Positions 46,873 through 56,884 of a stretch of 64,000 nucleotides of DNA are shown in pieces. This stretch comes from Epithemia pelagica (Eukaryota > Protista > Bacillariophyta). Position 1 is the stretch's first letter. The number at the start of each line of letters is the position of its first letter. The stretch spans positions 2,356,001-2,420,000 of the forward strand of contig OX337231.1 in the NCBI GenBank assembly GCA_946965045.2, read 5' to 3'. The notes below the pieces were generated by a model that made no database searches, had not been told where the DNA came from, and was given only the letters and a program-made list of their open reading frames with translations. The translations under genes were made by a program, and so were the position numbers.

Positions 46873-47973
46873 TTAGATGGGCCGTACCCGTTTGGGAATG
46901 TGAGGTTCGCACTGGACAATGGCTTGGAACACGGTGGATTCGTCCTTGTCGTGGTCCTTGTCTTTTTGTTTGTTCACTGTGACAGTCTTTCCCTTGTCAT
47001 CATCATCATCATCATCATCGTTGTTGTTATCTTGCTCTTGTTCTTGTTCTTGTTCTTGCTCTTTGTCGTCTTCTTCTTTTAGTCGCTCTTGGATTCGGCG
47101 TTGGATACATTCGGCAATCCAGTGTTGCAAGGCACCCTTGGTCTGCCGGTATTCGTGTCGGAGTTGATCTTGTTTCCAATAGGGCGATTCGGAAAGGACC
47201 GACTCGGTCTCATCATCGTCGTCCTCCTGTTTCGTGTTGCGGCGATTCACACCCAGTTCGTCCAGGAGCTGGCGTTCCAAATCCTCATTGCGCAAGGGAC
47301 CAATCATGCCATGCTGTTGCATCATGTCGTCCGACACTTGAAAATGTCGCAACCAGGGAGCCATTTTCAACAATTCTGCCATTTTCCGAATGGCTTGATC
47401 CGAAAGACCCGACAGGTTGCCACTGCCCATGGTGTTGTCGTGGTTGTCGTCGTCGTGGTTGTCCAGACTGTCACTGCTTGTGGTGGTGGTGGGAGGATCC
47501 GGAACCGTAGTAGCAGGAGTCATAAAAGAAGTAGTATCATCCAACGTACAATCCACCCCGTCGGGGCACGACAACGAGGACACACGAGGAGGCGGCTTTT
47601 GGGGGTGGCTCTTGCAAGAACCATTGGAAACCGACGCTCCTGAATCTCCCTTTTCTTTTTCTTGGCTGGCACGCCCTGGTCGGTGACGCACTGGACACCC
47701 ACGACGACGCCCACGACGAGATGTTGATGACGACGGAGAAGACGAACCCAAGGCAAAGGATTCGGGTGCGGCTGGTGTAGTAGTAGGTGTGGTCACATCG
47801 TCTTGTTCTGGTACTGTCGATTCGACTGGCAAGGAATCCGTGGTGGGACTGGTGGGAGCATACATTTCTAGTGTCGTCGTAGTAGTAGGAGTGGTGGTTG
47901 GTTTCGTTTGGGTCAAAGAGGAGGTCCCCACATGACGACCACCACCAACACCCAGAGAGTCGGGATAATGCAT
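46873..47973 (-). CDS. Hypothetical low-complexity protein
   Basis: Long ORF with Thr/Pro- and Asp/Glu/Gln-rich tracts and a short helical core (DQAIRKMAELLKMAPWL...LQHWIAECIQRR). No family recognised, and the 3' end may be spliced. Confidence 0.5.
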   Translation of the reverse strand: MHYPDSLGVGGGRHVGTSSLTQTKPTTTPTTTTTLEMYAPTSPTTDSLPVESTVPEQDDVTTPTTTPAAPESFALGSSSPSSSTSRRGRRRGCPVRHRPGRASQEKEKGDSGASVSNGSCKSHPQKPPPRVSSLSCPDGVDCTLDDTTSFMTPATTVPDPPTTTTSSDSLDNHDDDNHDNTMGSGNLSGLSDQAIRKMAELLKMAPWLRHFQVSDDMMQQHGMIGPLRNEDLERQLLDELGVNRRNTKQEDDDDETESVLSESPYWKQDQLRHEYRQTKGALQHWIAECIQRRIQERLKEEDDKEQEQEQEQEQDNNNDDDDDDDDKGKTVTVNKQKDKDHDKDESTVFQAIVQCEPHIPKRVRPI

Positions 47974-48826
47974 GCTCACAACTTCCGTTGTTGGACCAAG
48001 AGAAAGAGAGAAGAACGAGAGATTGTTTCCAACGTGTAGATACAGAGACAGCCGAATTCAATCTGTCTTTGGAGAATGGTCTCTCAAAGAGGAGGGTGCG
48101 TTTCGTTTCGCTGTGTTTGTGGAGCGTTTCGTTGTATCGCTCGTAGTATTGCACCAAGAACAACGTCAACAGAACAGGACCCTTCTCACTCGTTCCAAGT
48201 CTCGGAACCACGTCCAGAGTTGTCTATCGGTTGCCAAGAGATATCAAGATTGGGTGACTCTGTTTCGCGTTGGTTGGTTGTCTGCCTCTGTCGTTGGTTT
48301 GCAAGAAAATGATGCGGTGGTGTGGTCGTCGTCCAAAAAATGACATTCTCATCACTGACAAGAAAATAATGCGAACGGGTCTGCCGCCGGGCGGTCGATC
48401 GCGCGAAAGCGCGCGACTTTCTCTATCTATTTTATCGCCCGCCATCCATCTGACGGGCGTGATGATCGTCGGTCGAAGAGCCTCCAGGTAACTTCATGTG
48501 CATACCCGAGCTCATGGTAGTAATATATAGTTTGATTCTGGTGAAATGAACTTAAAACTTATCATTGAGTGAGCCCATGCTCACTCTTTCACCTAGAGAC
48601 ATGATGGGGTTTATCAAAGGTATGCTTTGCATCATTCCGAATAGCGCATTCATTCAATGTACTTAGTATTATTATTACTATTATGAAACAAACACTAATA
48701 CGAGGGGACCCAATCATTACAGAGGTCCACCAGTGGAATCACGGTGTGCGCATCACCAACACACCAAACCTGCCAACAGCCCTTGGGGATTGTGGCAAGC
48801 ACACACGGTACCAACCAGATTCTCAT

Positions 48827-49961
48827 CTAGTAGTAGTAGTCATCCTTGTCCTTTTTGTCCTTCTTGCCCTTCATGTAGTATCCCTTTTTGTCCTTTTTCA
48901 TGGCCTTTTTGGCCTTCTTTTTCTTTTTCTTGTCACCCTTTTCCTTCTTGCCCGACTTTTTGCCATCGGCCTCACATTCCAAATCGTCGCCACGGTACAA
49001 GATTCCACACGATTGGCGACTGCCATCATTGGCGTGAACAATAAAGGCTCGATGCTCAAAGTCCTTGGGATACAGGCCCGTTTGGACACAGTCAAAAAAC
49101 ATGGCATCGCCCTCCTCCGTCGTGCTTTCGTAGCCCACCAAGAGCCAGGGATCCACTGGCAAGGCCTTGTTGTAAAAGTGACCCAATTGCGTCGCCGACG
49201 ACTCGCAACCAAATCCCTCATGCACGTGGACGCCGCATCCGTTGGTGGCGGTACAATCGAGACCACCCTCCTCAAAGGTTTGCAAGCCCGCCTCCAGTCC
49301 AGACGCGTAGCCAAACACGCAAACTTCGCCGTCGTCCAAACCGTCAATATCGGCTGCCACAAAGGCGTGACTGGTGACACCATTGTCCGTCAAGGGTTCC
49401 GTTTCGACGTAATACGTCTTGTCCGAAGCAACGGGTTCCAAAATACCACAGGCCACACGACCCCCCGCCTGATTGTGCAAGACAAAGGCGCGTCCCAACA
49501 AGGTGGCCGGTCCACCAATGTCCACCACACCATTGTACGTGGCGTATCCGTCCTGGTTGCTCGAATACCGCTCCACAGGCCACGGATCCGTGTCGCCAAT
49601 GTAGTAGTGGCCGCCTTGCGCCTCCGTCGACTCGCACGAAAAGCCCTGGTGCACATGCGCTCCACAACCTATGAAGGAAGGGCACAAACGGAACGACCCA
49701 AGCAAGTGTCAGTCAGAACCGACCAAACAGTCCCACACACACAAAAAAGGTTGCACAGGGCTCGCGTTGTTCGTCACATAATCACGTACCGTTGGTGGCC
49801 GTGCAGTTGCTGGCTCCCAAGTTGGCTTCCAAGTGCATGCCCTTGCCGGCATAGGCGACCGTGCTACCATCGCCATAGACAATCACCGAACCAGTCACCT
49901 GGGAGTTGTCACCAAAGGGATGGAGCGTTGCATGAAAGAGTGGACAATCGTACAATCCCAT
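48827..49961 (-). CDS. Tandem two-domain Cu/Zn-SOD-fold protein with Cu ligands only and a Lys-rich C-terminal tail, 2 exons
   Basis: Exons 49961-49790 and 49668-48827 (intron 49789-49669). Repeat 1: CGAHVHQG..C..QGGHY...GRAFVLHNQAGGRVACGIL. Repeat 2: CGVHVHEG..C..QLGHF...HRAFIVHANDGSRQSCGIL. The tail ends KKDKKDKDDYYY. Confidence 0.8.
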
Positions 49962-50290
49962 ACTGATAGTAATGCTTTTGTTATTGTTGTTGTTTGGATA
50001 CACCGCAGTAAAACGCTGGTTTGGGGGCAATCAAAATTTGGCCTTTCTATGGTTTCACCCCGTCCTAATACTACTACGAGAAATTTGGTCGATGCTCGTT
50101 CAGCCCCCATTCCAAATCAGTTTCTTCCGTTGAACGATACGCAGCGCGCCGACCGATCCTCTCTCTTACGATTGCACATTTCTGAATGCGCCAAAATTGG
50201 CCAAAGCGAGCAACGACGAGCAATGTCCAAACGGAAGGAATTCGGCGTCGCACACAACGCGACATCTCTTTCTCCGAACTCCTCCGAGTA

Positions 50291-50766
50291 TGACAAGGGA
50301 AAGGGTTATAGGGATAAGCCCGACCACTCGACCAGTAGCGATAAGCCCGACCACTCGACCAGTAGCGCTACTGGTCGAGTGGTCGGGCTTATCCCTATAA
50401 CCCTTTCCCTTGTCAAAAGATAACACTGGGGGGGCCACATTGGTGGACACTGCCCCAGGAAATCTCCGCCCCTCCTGGAAGGGACTCGCGCTAATTGGTT
50501 ACCGATGTGGCCCCCTTAATGTGGTTCTTTGGCGCCGAATCTGCGATACCTCATGCTCTACTGGCGTACTCTTAGGCTTTACAACGTCAGTCGCTACCAA
50601 ACTCTACACACTCGCTACAAATCTACTTTTCCACAGGGACTTGATCCTGTGACCCCAGTGTTATCTTTTGACAAGGGAAAGGGTTATAGGGATAAGCCCG
50701 ACCACTCGACCAGTAGCGCTACTGGTCGAGCGGTCGGGCTTATCCCTATAACCCTTTCCCTTGTCA
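50291..50766. mobile_element. Non-autonomous foldback/MITE-like element with palindromic (hairpin) termini
   Basis: TGAC...GTCA ends flanked by the direct repeat GAGTA (50286-50290 and 50767-50771). Each end is a 49+49-bp palindrome centred on AGCGCT, followed inward by a 16-bp inverted repeat (50416-50431 and 50653-50668). No recognisable protein product. Confidence 0.85.
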
Positions 50767-51147
50767 GAGTATAATAAGAGCCGGAAGAGTATCCTCCAGA
50801 AAAATCGTGACAATCTTTGAAACCTAGGCTTCGTTCACGTTTTCAGTTCTCGCACATAAAAATTATTGAGGTTCGTTGGAACGTATCCCCCGAAACAAAG
50901 ACAAGAGCAGATCATGGATCATGGTTGATGAGGATGCTGTCAACAGCGCGACGAACGTACAAGTCCTGTTTTCTCTCCTGCCGATGCTATTTTCCTACCT
51001 GGACTACGCTGGGCTCCCATGTCCTATGTAAAAGATGCAGCAAGCCATGAAGCATAGACACTACTACAATATATCCGCATGCAGCAGATCGCCAGGCTAC
51101 CTTTTGAATCATACACACTTGCGTCTTTTTGAGGGGAAATGCACGCT

Positions 51148-52518
51148 TCAACCTTCAACGCGGCGTGGCAAGCATCCGTCGACGCTGCATGGCAAACATC
51201 CGTCCCGCATCCCGAACAAATCTCCAAACATGGACGTCTGGCGTGGGTCGTCCATCATGTCCAGGTTGTTGCAATCGGCAATGGGAGACGCGTTGCAAGT
51301 GCCGTTGAGAATGTGATCAGAGGAATGAGTGTTCTCGCTGAGCTCATTGGTGACAAACGTGAGGCTAGCATCTGAATTCTCAAAGTATTCTAGAGACACC
51401 TCCACCACCTGCATGTCAGTCCACCAGTTCTGAAGAAGCAACCAGACCTTTTCCCCCTGTTTTCGCACGCCGATCAGTACCATGGCATGGCACTCTTTGT
51501 CTGTGGGGTTCTTCGATTTGTCCACGGGACTTGGTTCTTCGGGGGTTGAGATTCCTTTGTCGGATTTGTCAATGGTGGTTGCAACGCTGGCATTGTCGTT
51601 CCCATCTAGCTTCTGGAACTCCCCTTTGGCTCCGTGGTCCCCGTCAAAGCGGTACCATCCAACCTCATTTCTCGTGACTGTTTGGCAGAAATTTTTGTGG
51701 CAGCAAAAGCCGCTTACAAGCCCGGGACCGTAATCCTCCAGCATTTCTGCGAGGTCGATGCTATGCTTGCGAACGATTGCACTGACGGTTTCCAAACAAG
51801 GTTTCTTTTCTCCAAGCTTGATGAGAATCTCTTCCAAGGCTTCTACAGAGTTGCCGCCTGCTTCTTTCACGACATGGTTGTAGAGCATACTATCGTTGAA
51901 AGATTCACGAACTAATTTCGTCACGTCCAGAGGTGGAAGGGAGGCACCACGAGACTGCGCCAGGTACGAAACGAAGATACTGGGAGCCGACAGGTAGCAG
52001 TTTCCGCTACGTTGGCAACGGAGATAGTATTTGGCGTCTCCCATACGCGATAGGAATCCAGTCGTACCGGGTTGTTTGAAGTATGCCTCAAGCGTAGCGA
52101 TCGTCGTCTTGTAGAGACTCGCGTAGGTTGGGTCTTTCTGCAAATCATGGTCTCCCTTTGCTGAAATCAATAGGCTCATAATTTCCTTGGCTGATGTCGT
52201 TCCCGCGACCATGGCGCAGACCTTTTCCGTGCGCTCCTTGGAAGATTCCTCACTCATGAAACCACGCCCGTAAAGATACATCACCATTGGTTTCGTCTCG
52301 CCATCCTTCAACAGCCGTCGCAACTTGTCCTTTCGGATCTTCTTTTTGGCATCCTTTGGACCGATCGAAACTGATGGGTCGGGACCCTTTGGTGGACTCT
52401 TCAGCCCGTATTTGCTGTACGGGTGGCTTTCTTGCATGTTGTCCGACTCGGGCATGGACAATGATGCAGTAGCAGCGGAAACGCCTTGCTTCTTCTTTCT
52501 CAACAAGAAGTGTATCAT
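51148..52518 (-). CDS. Papain-like (clan CA) cysteine peptidase, copy 1
   Basis: CQRSGNCY (Gln oxyanion and Cys), CHAMVLIG (His) and LLQNWW (Asn), in papain order. ATG at 52518. Confidence 0.78.
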   Translation of the reverse strand: MIHFLLRKKKQGVSAATASLSMPESDNMQESHPYSKYGLKSPPKGPDPSVSIGPKDAKKKIRKDKLRRLLKDGETKPMVMYLYGRGFMSEESSKERTEKVCAMVAGTTSAKEIMSLLISAKGDHDLQKDPTYASLYKTTIATLEAYFKQPGTTGFLSRMGDAKYYLRCQRSGNCYLSAPSIFVSYLAQSRGASLPPLDVTKLVRESFNDSMLYNHVVKEAGGNSVEALEEILIKLGEKKPCLETVSAIVRKHSIDLAEMLEDYGPGLVSGFCCHKNFCQTVTRNEVGWYRFDGDHGAKGEFQKLDGNDNASVATTIDKSDKGISTPEEPSPVDKSKNPTDKECHAMVLIGVRKQGEKVWLLLQNWWTDMQVVEVSLEYFENSDASLTFVTNELSENTHSSDHILNGTCNASPIADCNNLDMMDDPRQTSMFGDLFGMRDGCLPCSVDGCLPRRVEG

Positions 52519-53335
52519 CTTCACAGGAGGTCCTTCGGATTGTCTTTCGTCTAGAAATTGTGAGCTTTCTTTCTCTGCTCTTCCCTCTTCTCGGTTGTGG
52601 GTTTCGTTTTCGGCGGGACTGCGAAAAAAAAACTCGCTCAGAGCTCTACGTCTTCCAAACTTCAACTACATCTTTTGGAAGTGCAAATTTCTTACGAACG
52701 ATGGGAACGGGAAAGTCTCATAGCAACCAATCCAGACGTGAGTGGAAGTCAGACCCCACAGCGTGTTGCTGCTCTTTCGTTTCCACTCCCGTCGAAACGA
52801 ATCAGCGAAGAGACCGTCCGTCTAGCGGCAAAGTGTGGCTTGCGTCGCACTCACCCACGTACAGCCCCAAACCTTGTGATTTTGGCATTTGACCTTACTC
52901 TCATCTCCATGGCCTTCATAGTTGCCTACAGCATACGTTTTCGAGGCTTGCAGTTCCAAGACGCAATGTTCGCTACGTGCCAAAGCATTCGCCTTTCTCA
53001 TCTCAAGACCATACGGAGGGACGTTCACAGGAACCATGAGCGTTGATGAGAAGCCGAATGTCTCTTCTCGACCGAGTCGAACTCAGCATCGGCTTCGTGC
53101 TTAACATCACCATCACTTGGTTGTGTTGTCATGTTGACAGGATAGACTATAGAGCAAAATCAGAACTAAAGACCTATACTATGGTTTCGGCAAAGTGTGC
53201 GAGGAGATTGAAGACCAAAAGAAACGTCGTCTGGGTCTATAGTGTAATTTATGCAAAAGAGACCAATCATAGGGTGTTACAATTGAGTGTGTGAATCAAG
53301 TCGTTGGTTGTGAGTGGACGAAACCTTTGCCTCGG

Positions 53336-55678
53336 TTAGAGAAACCACATGAAGCTTCGTGCCGAGTCGTCCAAATCTCCTCCTCGTGGTGCGTCCACAG
53401 AAGCCTCCTTGTCGTCGTCATCATCGTCGTCGTACTCATGTTCATCACTGTCATCATCATCATCGTCCTCCTCCTCCTCCTCATTGTCGGCGTAACCGTC
53501 CTCATCATCGTCTTGCTCGGCCATGGTGGCACTTTTGGCGGCTGCTCTCATTGAGGGTTGGCTGCGTTTCTGTGTGTCCTTGGACCGATCCTGTGGCACG
53601 TCGTTGACCGCTGGACCACCAAGACGGTTGTGAGAACTATCCTCATCACCACCACCCTCATCATCACCACCACCACCACCACCACCACCACCAATATCTT
53701 TGACTGTAGGAAGGACTTTGCTCGCAGTACTTTTCCTCGTATTGTACGAACTAGAAATGAAGGGTGCTTGCTGGTGCAAATATTCTTTGTCACCATGGCC
53801 GTCCATCAGATCTCCATCGTCTTCCAAGGGTTTTCCAAACTCGCCTCCTCGATCCGTGTCCATCGTAGAGGGATCCAAGAGCGATTTGGTAAAGGACTTG
53901 GGGCTGTGTGGTAACGTGCCCGATTCCGAAGTTGCTTCTCCACTGGAAATGGAGGCAGTATCGTAGTAGCTCGGTGAGGCCAAGGGAAGGGAATGACTGG
54001 GTGCCGGTAGTGGTCGACGAAGCATTTGTCCCAATCCCATCGTTGTTGTCCGTGGTTCGGATGTTGCTTCTCCTCCCAATTGTTGTTGTTGCTGTGGCTG
54101 TTGTTGTTGATGTTGTACGGAGGGTATGGAGGAGGTACACGAGGTTTCCGAACCACGGCGATATGCTTGAAAGGTGGAGGAGGTTCCCGATCCTCGACGA
54201 GTAGCGCTTTCGGCCCCGCTGTTGTAGGAATAATCCTCCGTCACCAACGCGTACCGGAGAGTGGGTACGGGAACTCCACCCAACATGATGGAATCCGCGT
54301 AATGATCATCCTTGTGATGATGACCGGTGGAGTCTGGTTTCATCCAACAATCAATAAAGCTGTCGCCCGAGGTTCCCGCCAAACTTCTCTTGCTTCCCGT
54401 CCGTTCCAAATGGGCACTCAAGGACATGGGTTGCTTTTGCTTCATGCTTTGGTTGCTGCTGGTACGGCTCATGATGGGTTCTTTGCCCGCCAAAATATCG
54501 AGTTCGTCTGGTTTGATGTGACCCGACACGAGTTTGACCGCCTGACGACACGTCAAGGATTGAGGAGGACTGTAGAGGGGCCGTTTGTTGGGAGCCAAAG
54601 CTGCCAACACGGGAATTTTGATTTGAGGTGGAATCCTTTTGGGAGACAAGGTGGTAGTTCCTGGGTCGTTGGGTTCTGTGGAGTCTCCCTGAAAGAGGGG
54701 CCAGAATCGCTCTTGACGTGCATCGAGGTAATTGATCCATAAATTCCAATGCTCTTCTGCCACATAGGAAAGGGGAGTCATGCCATGAGCGTCCTTCATG
54801 AGAAAGAGGCCCTTGTCTATTTTGGCAATGGCATCCATCATACCAAAGCACGGTGGCAAGGCCGCTTCCAATGGTTTGGTACCTTCCTGTCCCTGTCGTT
54901 TGGGTGATTCGGGCTTTCGTCTTCGACAAGCTTCGTGCAGGGGTGTTCGACCATTGTCATCGGCAACCTGAACCGAAGCTTTGAATTTCAACAAGAGCTT
55001 AAAGACCTCCACGTGTTCTTGTTGCCCCGAGCGGCAAAGAAAATGCAGCAAGGTTTGACTCATGGAGTTACAGGCATTGGGCGATACACCACACTCCAAA
55101 ATTGCCTGAATTTCTTCCAATCGACTTTCTTGATATTGATCGTTTTGCTGTCCCAGTATCAGATTCAAAAAGTGTGTATGAAAACACGCTCGTTGCAATG
55201 GAGTGGGATCGTTCCGATAGGCCGTGTCCAGAGTGGAAAATGTCCGAGTGTTGTACCCTCGTTCCTTCAACATGACTTCTAGAAAGGCCTGTGGATTCTG
55301 ACTTTTTAGCAGGTCAGGTTGTGAGTGACTGCGATAACTGGGTCTCGTGTCGGACGAAGTTGACCAGAAACGAGCTGGTGCAGAAGATAAAGAATCGCCT
55401 CGCGAGAACAGTCCTCGTCGTGGGGGTGCAGTCGATACCTTTTCCTTGTTTGGTGCTGCTGTTGCCAGAGGCTTGTCATCACTACTAGTGGACTGGCTTT
55501 GCCTCCGGACAGTCGAATACGGAGCTGAGCCTCCTTCCAGTTCCTCCTTTTCAAGTGGCATTGCTCCAATGGAGAGATTCCGAAAGGCCGGCGTTCGAGG
55601 AGTTGGCTCATATCCACCATTGCCGCTTTTCCCAAAACTACCTCGCAGCGATGTTGGAGCTCGAGAGTTGTTCTTCAT
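53336..55678 (-). CDS. Ankyrin-repeat protein with long disordered tails (same family as 32301-33431)
   Basis: LDTAYRNDPTPLQRACF, GVSPNACNSMSQTLLHFLCRSG, ADDNGRTPLHEAC and KDAHGMTPLSY. Confidence 0.8.
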   Translation of the reverse strand: MKNNSRAPTSLRGSFGKSGNGGYEPTPRTPAFRNLSIGAMPLEKEELEGGSAPYSTVRRQSQSTSSDDKPLATAAPNKEKVSTAPPRRGLFSRGDSLSSAPARFWSTSSDTRPSYRSHSQPDLLKSQNPQAFLEVMLKERGYNTRTFSTLDTAYRNDPTPLQRACFHTHFLNLILGQQNDQYQESRLEEIQAILECGVSPNACNSMSQTLLHFLCRSGQQEHVEVFKLLLKFKASVQVADDNGRTPLHEACRRRKPESPKRQGQEGTKPLEAALPPCFGMMDAIAKIDKGLFLMKDAHGMTPLSYVAEEHWNLWINYLDARQERFWPLFQGDSTEPNDPGTTTLSPKRIPPQIKIPVLAALAPNKRPLYSPPQSLTCRQAVKLVSGHIKPDELDILAGKEPIMSRTSSNQSMKQKQPMSLSAHLERTGSKRSLAGTSGDSFIDCWMKPDSTGHHHKDDHYADSIMLGGVPVPTLRYALVTEDYSYNSGAESATRRGSGTSSTFQAYRRGSETSCTSSIPSVQHQQQQPQQQQQLGGEATSEPRTTTMGLGQMLRRPLPAPSHSLPLASPSYYDTASISSGEATSESGTLPHSPKSFTKSLLDPSTMDTDRGGEFGKPLEDDGDLMDGHGDKEYLHQQAPFISSSYNTRKSTASKVLPTVKDIGGGGGGGGGDDEGGGDEDSSHNRLGGPAVNDVPQDRSKDTQKRSQPSMRAAAKSATMAEQDDDEDGYADNEEEEEDDDDDDSDEHEYDDDDDDDKEASVDAPRGGDLDDSARSFMWFL

Positions 55679-56884
55679 ATCCTTCAATCAAACTGGACGA
55701 GACACCAACCAACAACACTGGACTCAAGAAACAGGAGATCTACAACAACAGCAACAATACGGATGCTGTGTAGTCGTTGTTTTGTTGTCTGTCAAAGAGT
55801 GACGGAGGTTTGTGGTCCCCACAGCACCGGCGGCCTCGCAGGAATTGGTAAGGAAAATGCTATAGATAAATTTTTTGTTTTTTATTATTTTAACGTTGGA
55901 TCTATAATAGGGACTCCTAAGCGGCTAGACGACATAGGAGTGTGGGGTTATCAGTGTTGTTGGGGAAGAATTCCGCCATTGGGGTCGGTGAGTATGTTGG
56001 AGTAACGGGGGCAAAATGTGGTTCAGGATTTGTGTTGTCCTGGTTCTGGTTGTTTGGCTGTGATTTCGAAGCGCTGCGATTTGGTTGTTGGCATGGATTG
56101 CCTGGGATGTGACGATGGCGTGGGCCAGTGAAACTTTGGCGTAGTGTCCAATGGAGTTGATGTTTCCTTCTGGGTAGTGGAATTTTTGTACTTCTTTGTT
56201 GGCTTTGCGGCATATGGAGGTGGGGGCGCGACGCAGGTTCTGGTAAAGTTTGAAAGCTGCAGGGTGTATGGTCACAATTCCCCAAAGGCATTCTGAAATT
56301 GGGAGTTCTCATTGTGACATACGCCACTGCCTCACCCAAAAACACCAGTCGCCTATTGGACGCGCAAATGTTTCCCAATCGCTATAATATTCGTAGCTAC
56401 GGATACTCCTATCTATAGCTAGTAGAGAAGTTCCATGTTCCATTGCCCGATAGACAAGCTTCTGTGTTGCAGTCCATATGCATGAAGAAGGGAAATCGAA
56501 CAGAATTACCCAACTAGAGGGGTAGTCAGTTTTGGATGGCGGTCCCAAGACAGCGGTCTACTCCAAAAGTGTTGCAGAACCTGGACAGGAAGCATCGCAC
56601 TGTCTCTTCGCTGATTCGTTTCGACGGGAGTGGAAATGAAAGATCACCGAGCGGCAGCAACACGCTGTGGGGACTGACTTCCACTCACGTCTGGATTGGT
56701 TGCTATGAGAATCTCCATCGTTAGTCTACCTAGAGATGTAGTTGTAGTTTGGAAGACGTGAAGCTCGGAGCGAGTTTTTTCTCGCAGTCCCGCCGAAAAC
56801 GAAACCCACAACCCACAACCGAGAGCAGAGAAAGAAAGCTCACAATTTCTAGACGAAAGACAATCCGAAGGACCTCCTGTGAAG

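Noticed and set aside
48399-48416. GC-rich mini-hairpin tcgcgcgaaagcgcgcga
   Set aside because: Too short to support an ncRNA or Helitron-end call.
48683-49966. 427-aa plus-strand ORF
   Set aside because: Antisense shadow of the SOD-like gene; no independent protein signal.
50416-50668. Interpreting the hairpin element as a TRIM/LTR retroelement
   Set aside because: No primer-binding site or polypurine tract next to the repeats; the inner flanks are inverted repeats instead.
55917-56378. Overlapping 116-153-aa minus-strand ORFs between the ankyrin and peptidase genes
   Set aside because: No recognisable domain; could be decayed sequence but unsupported.
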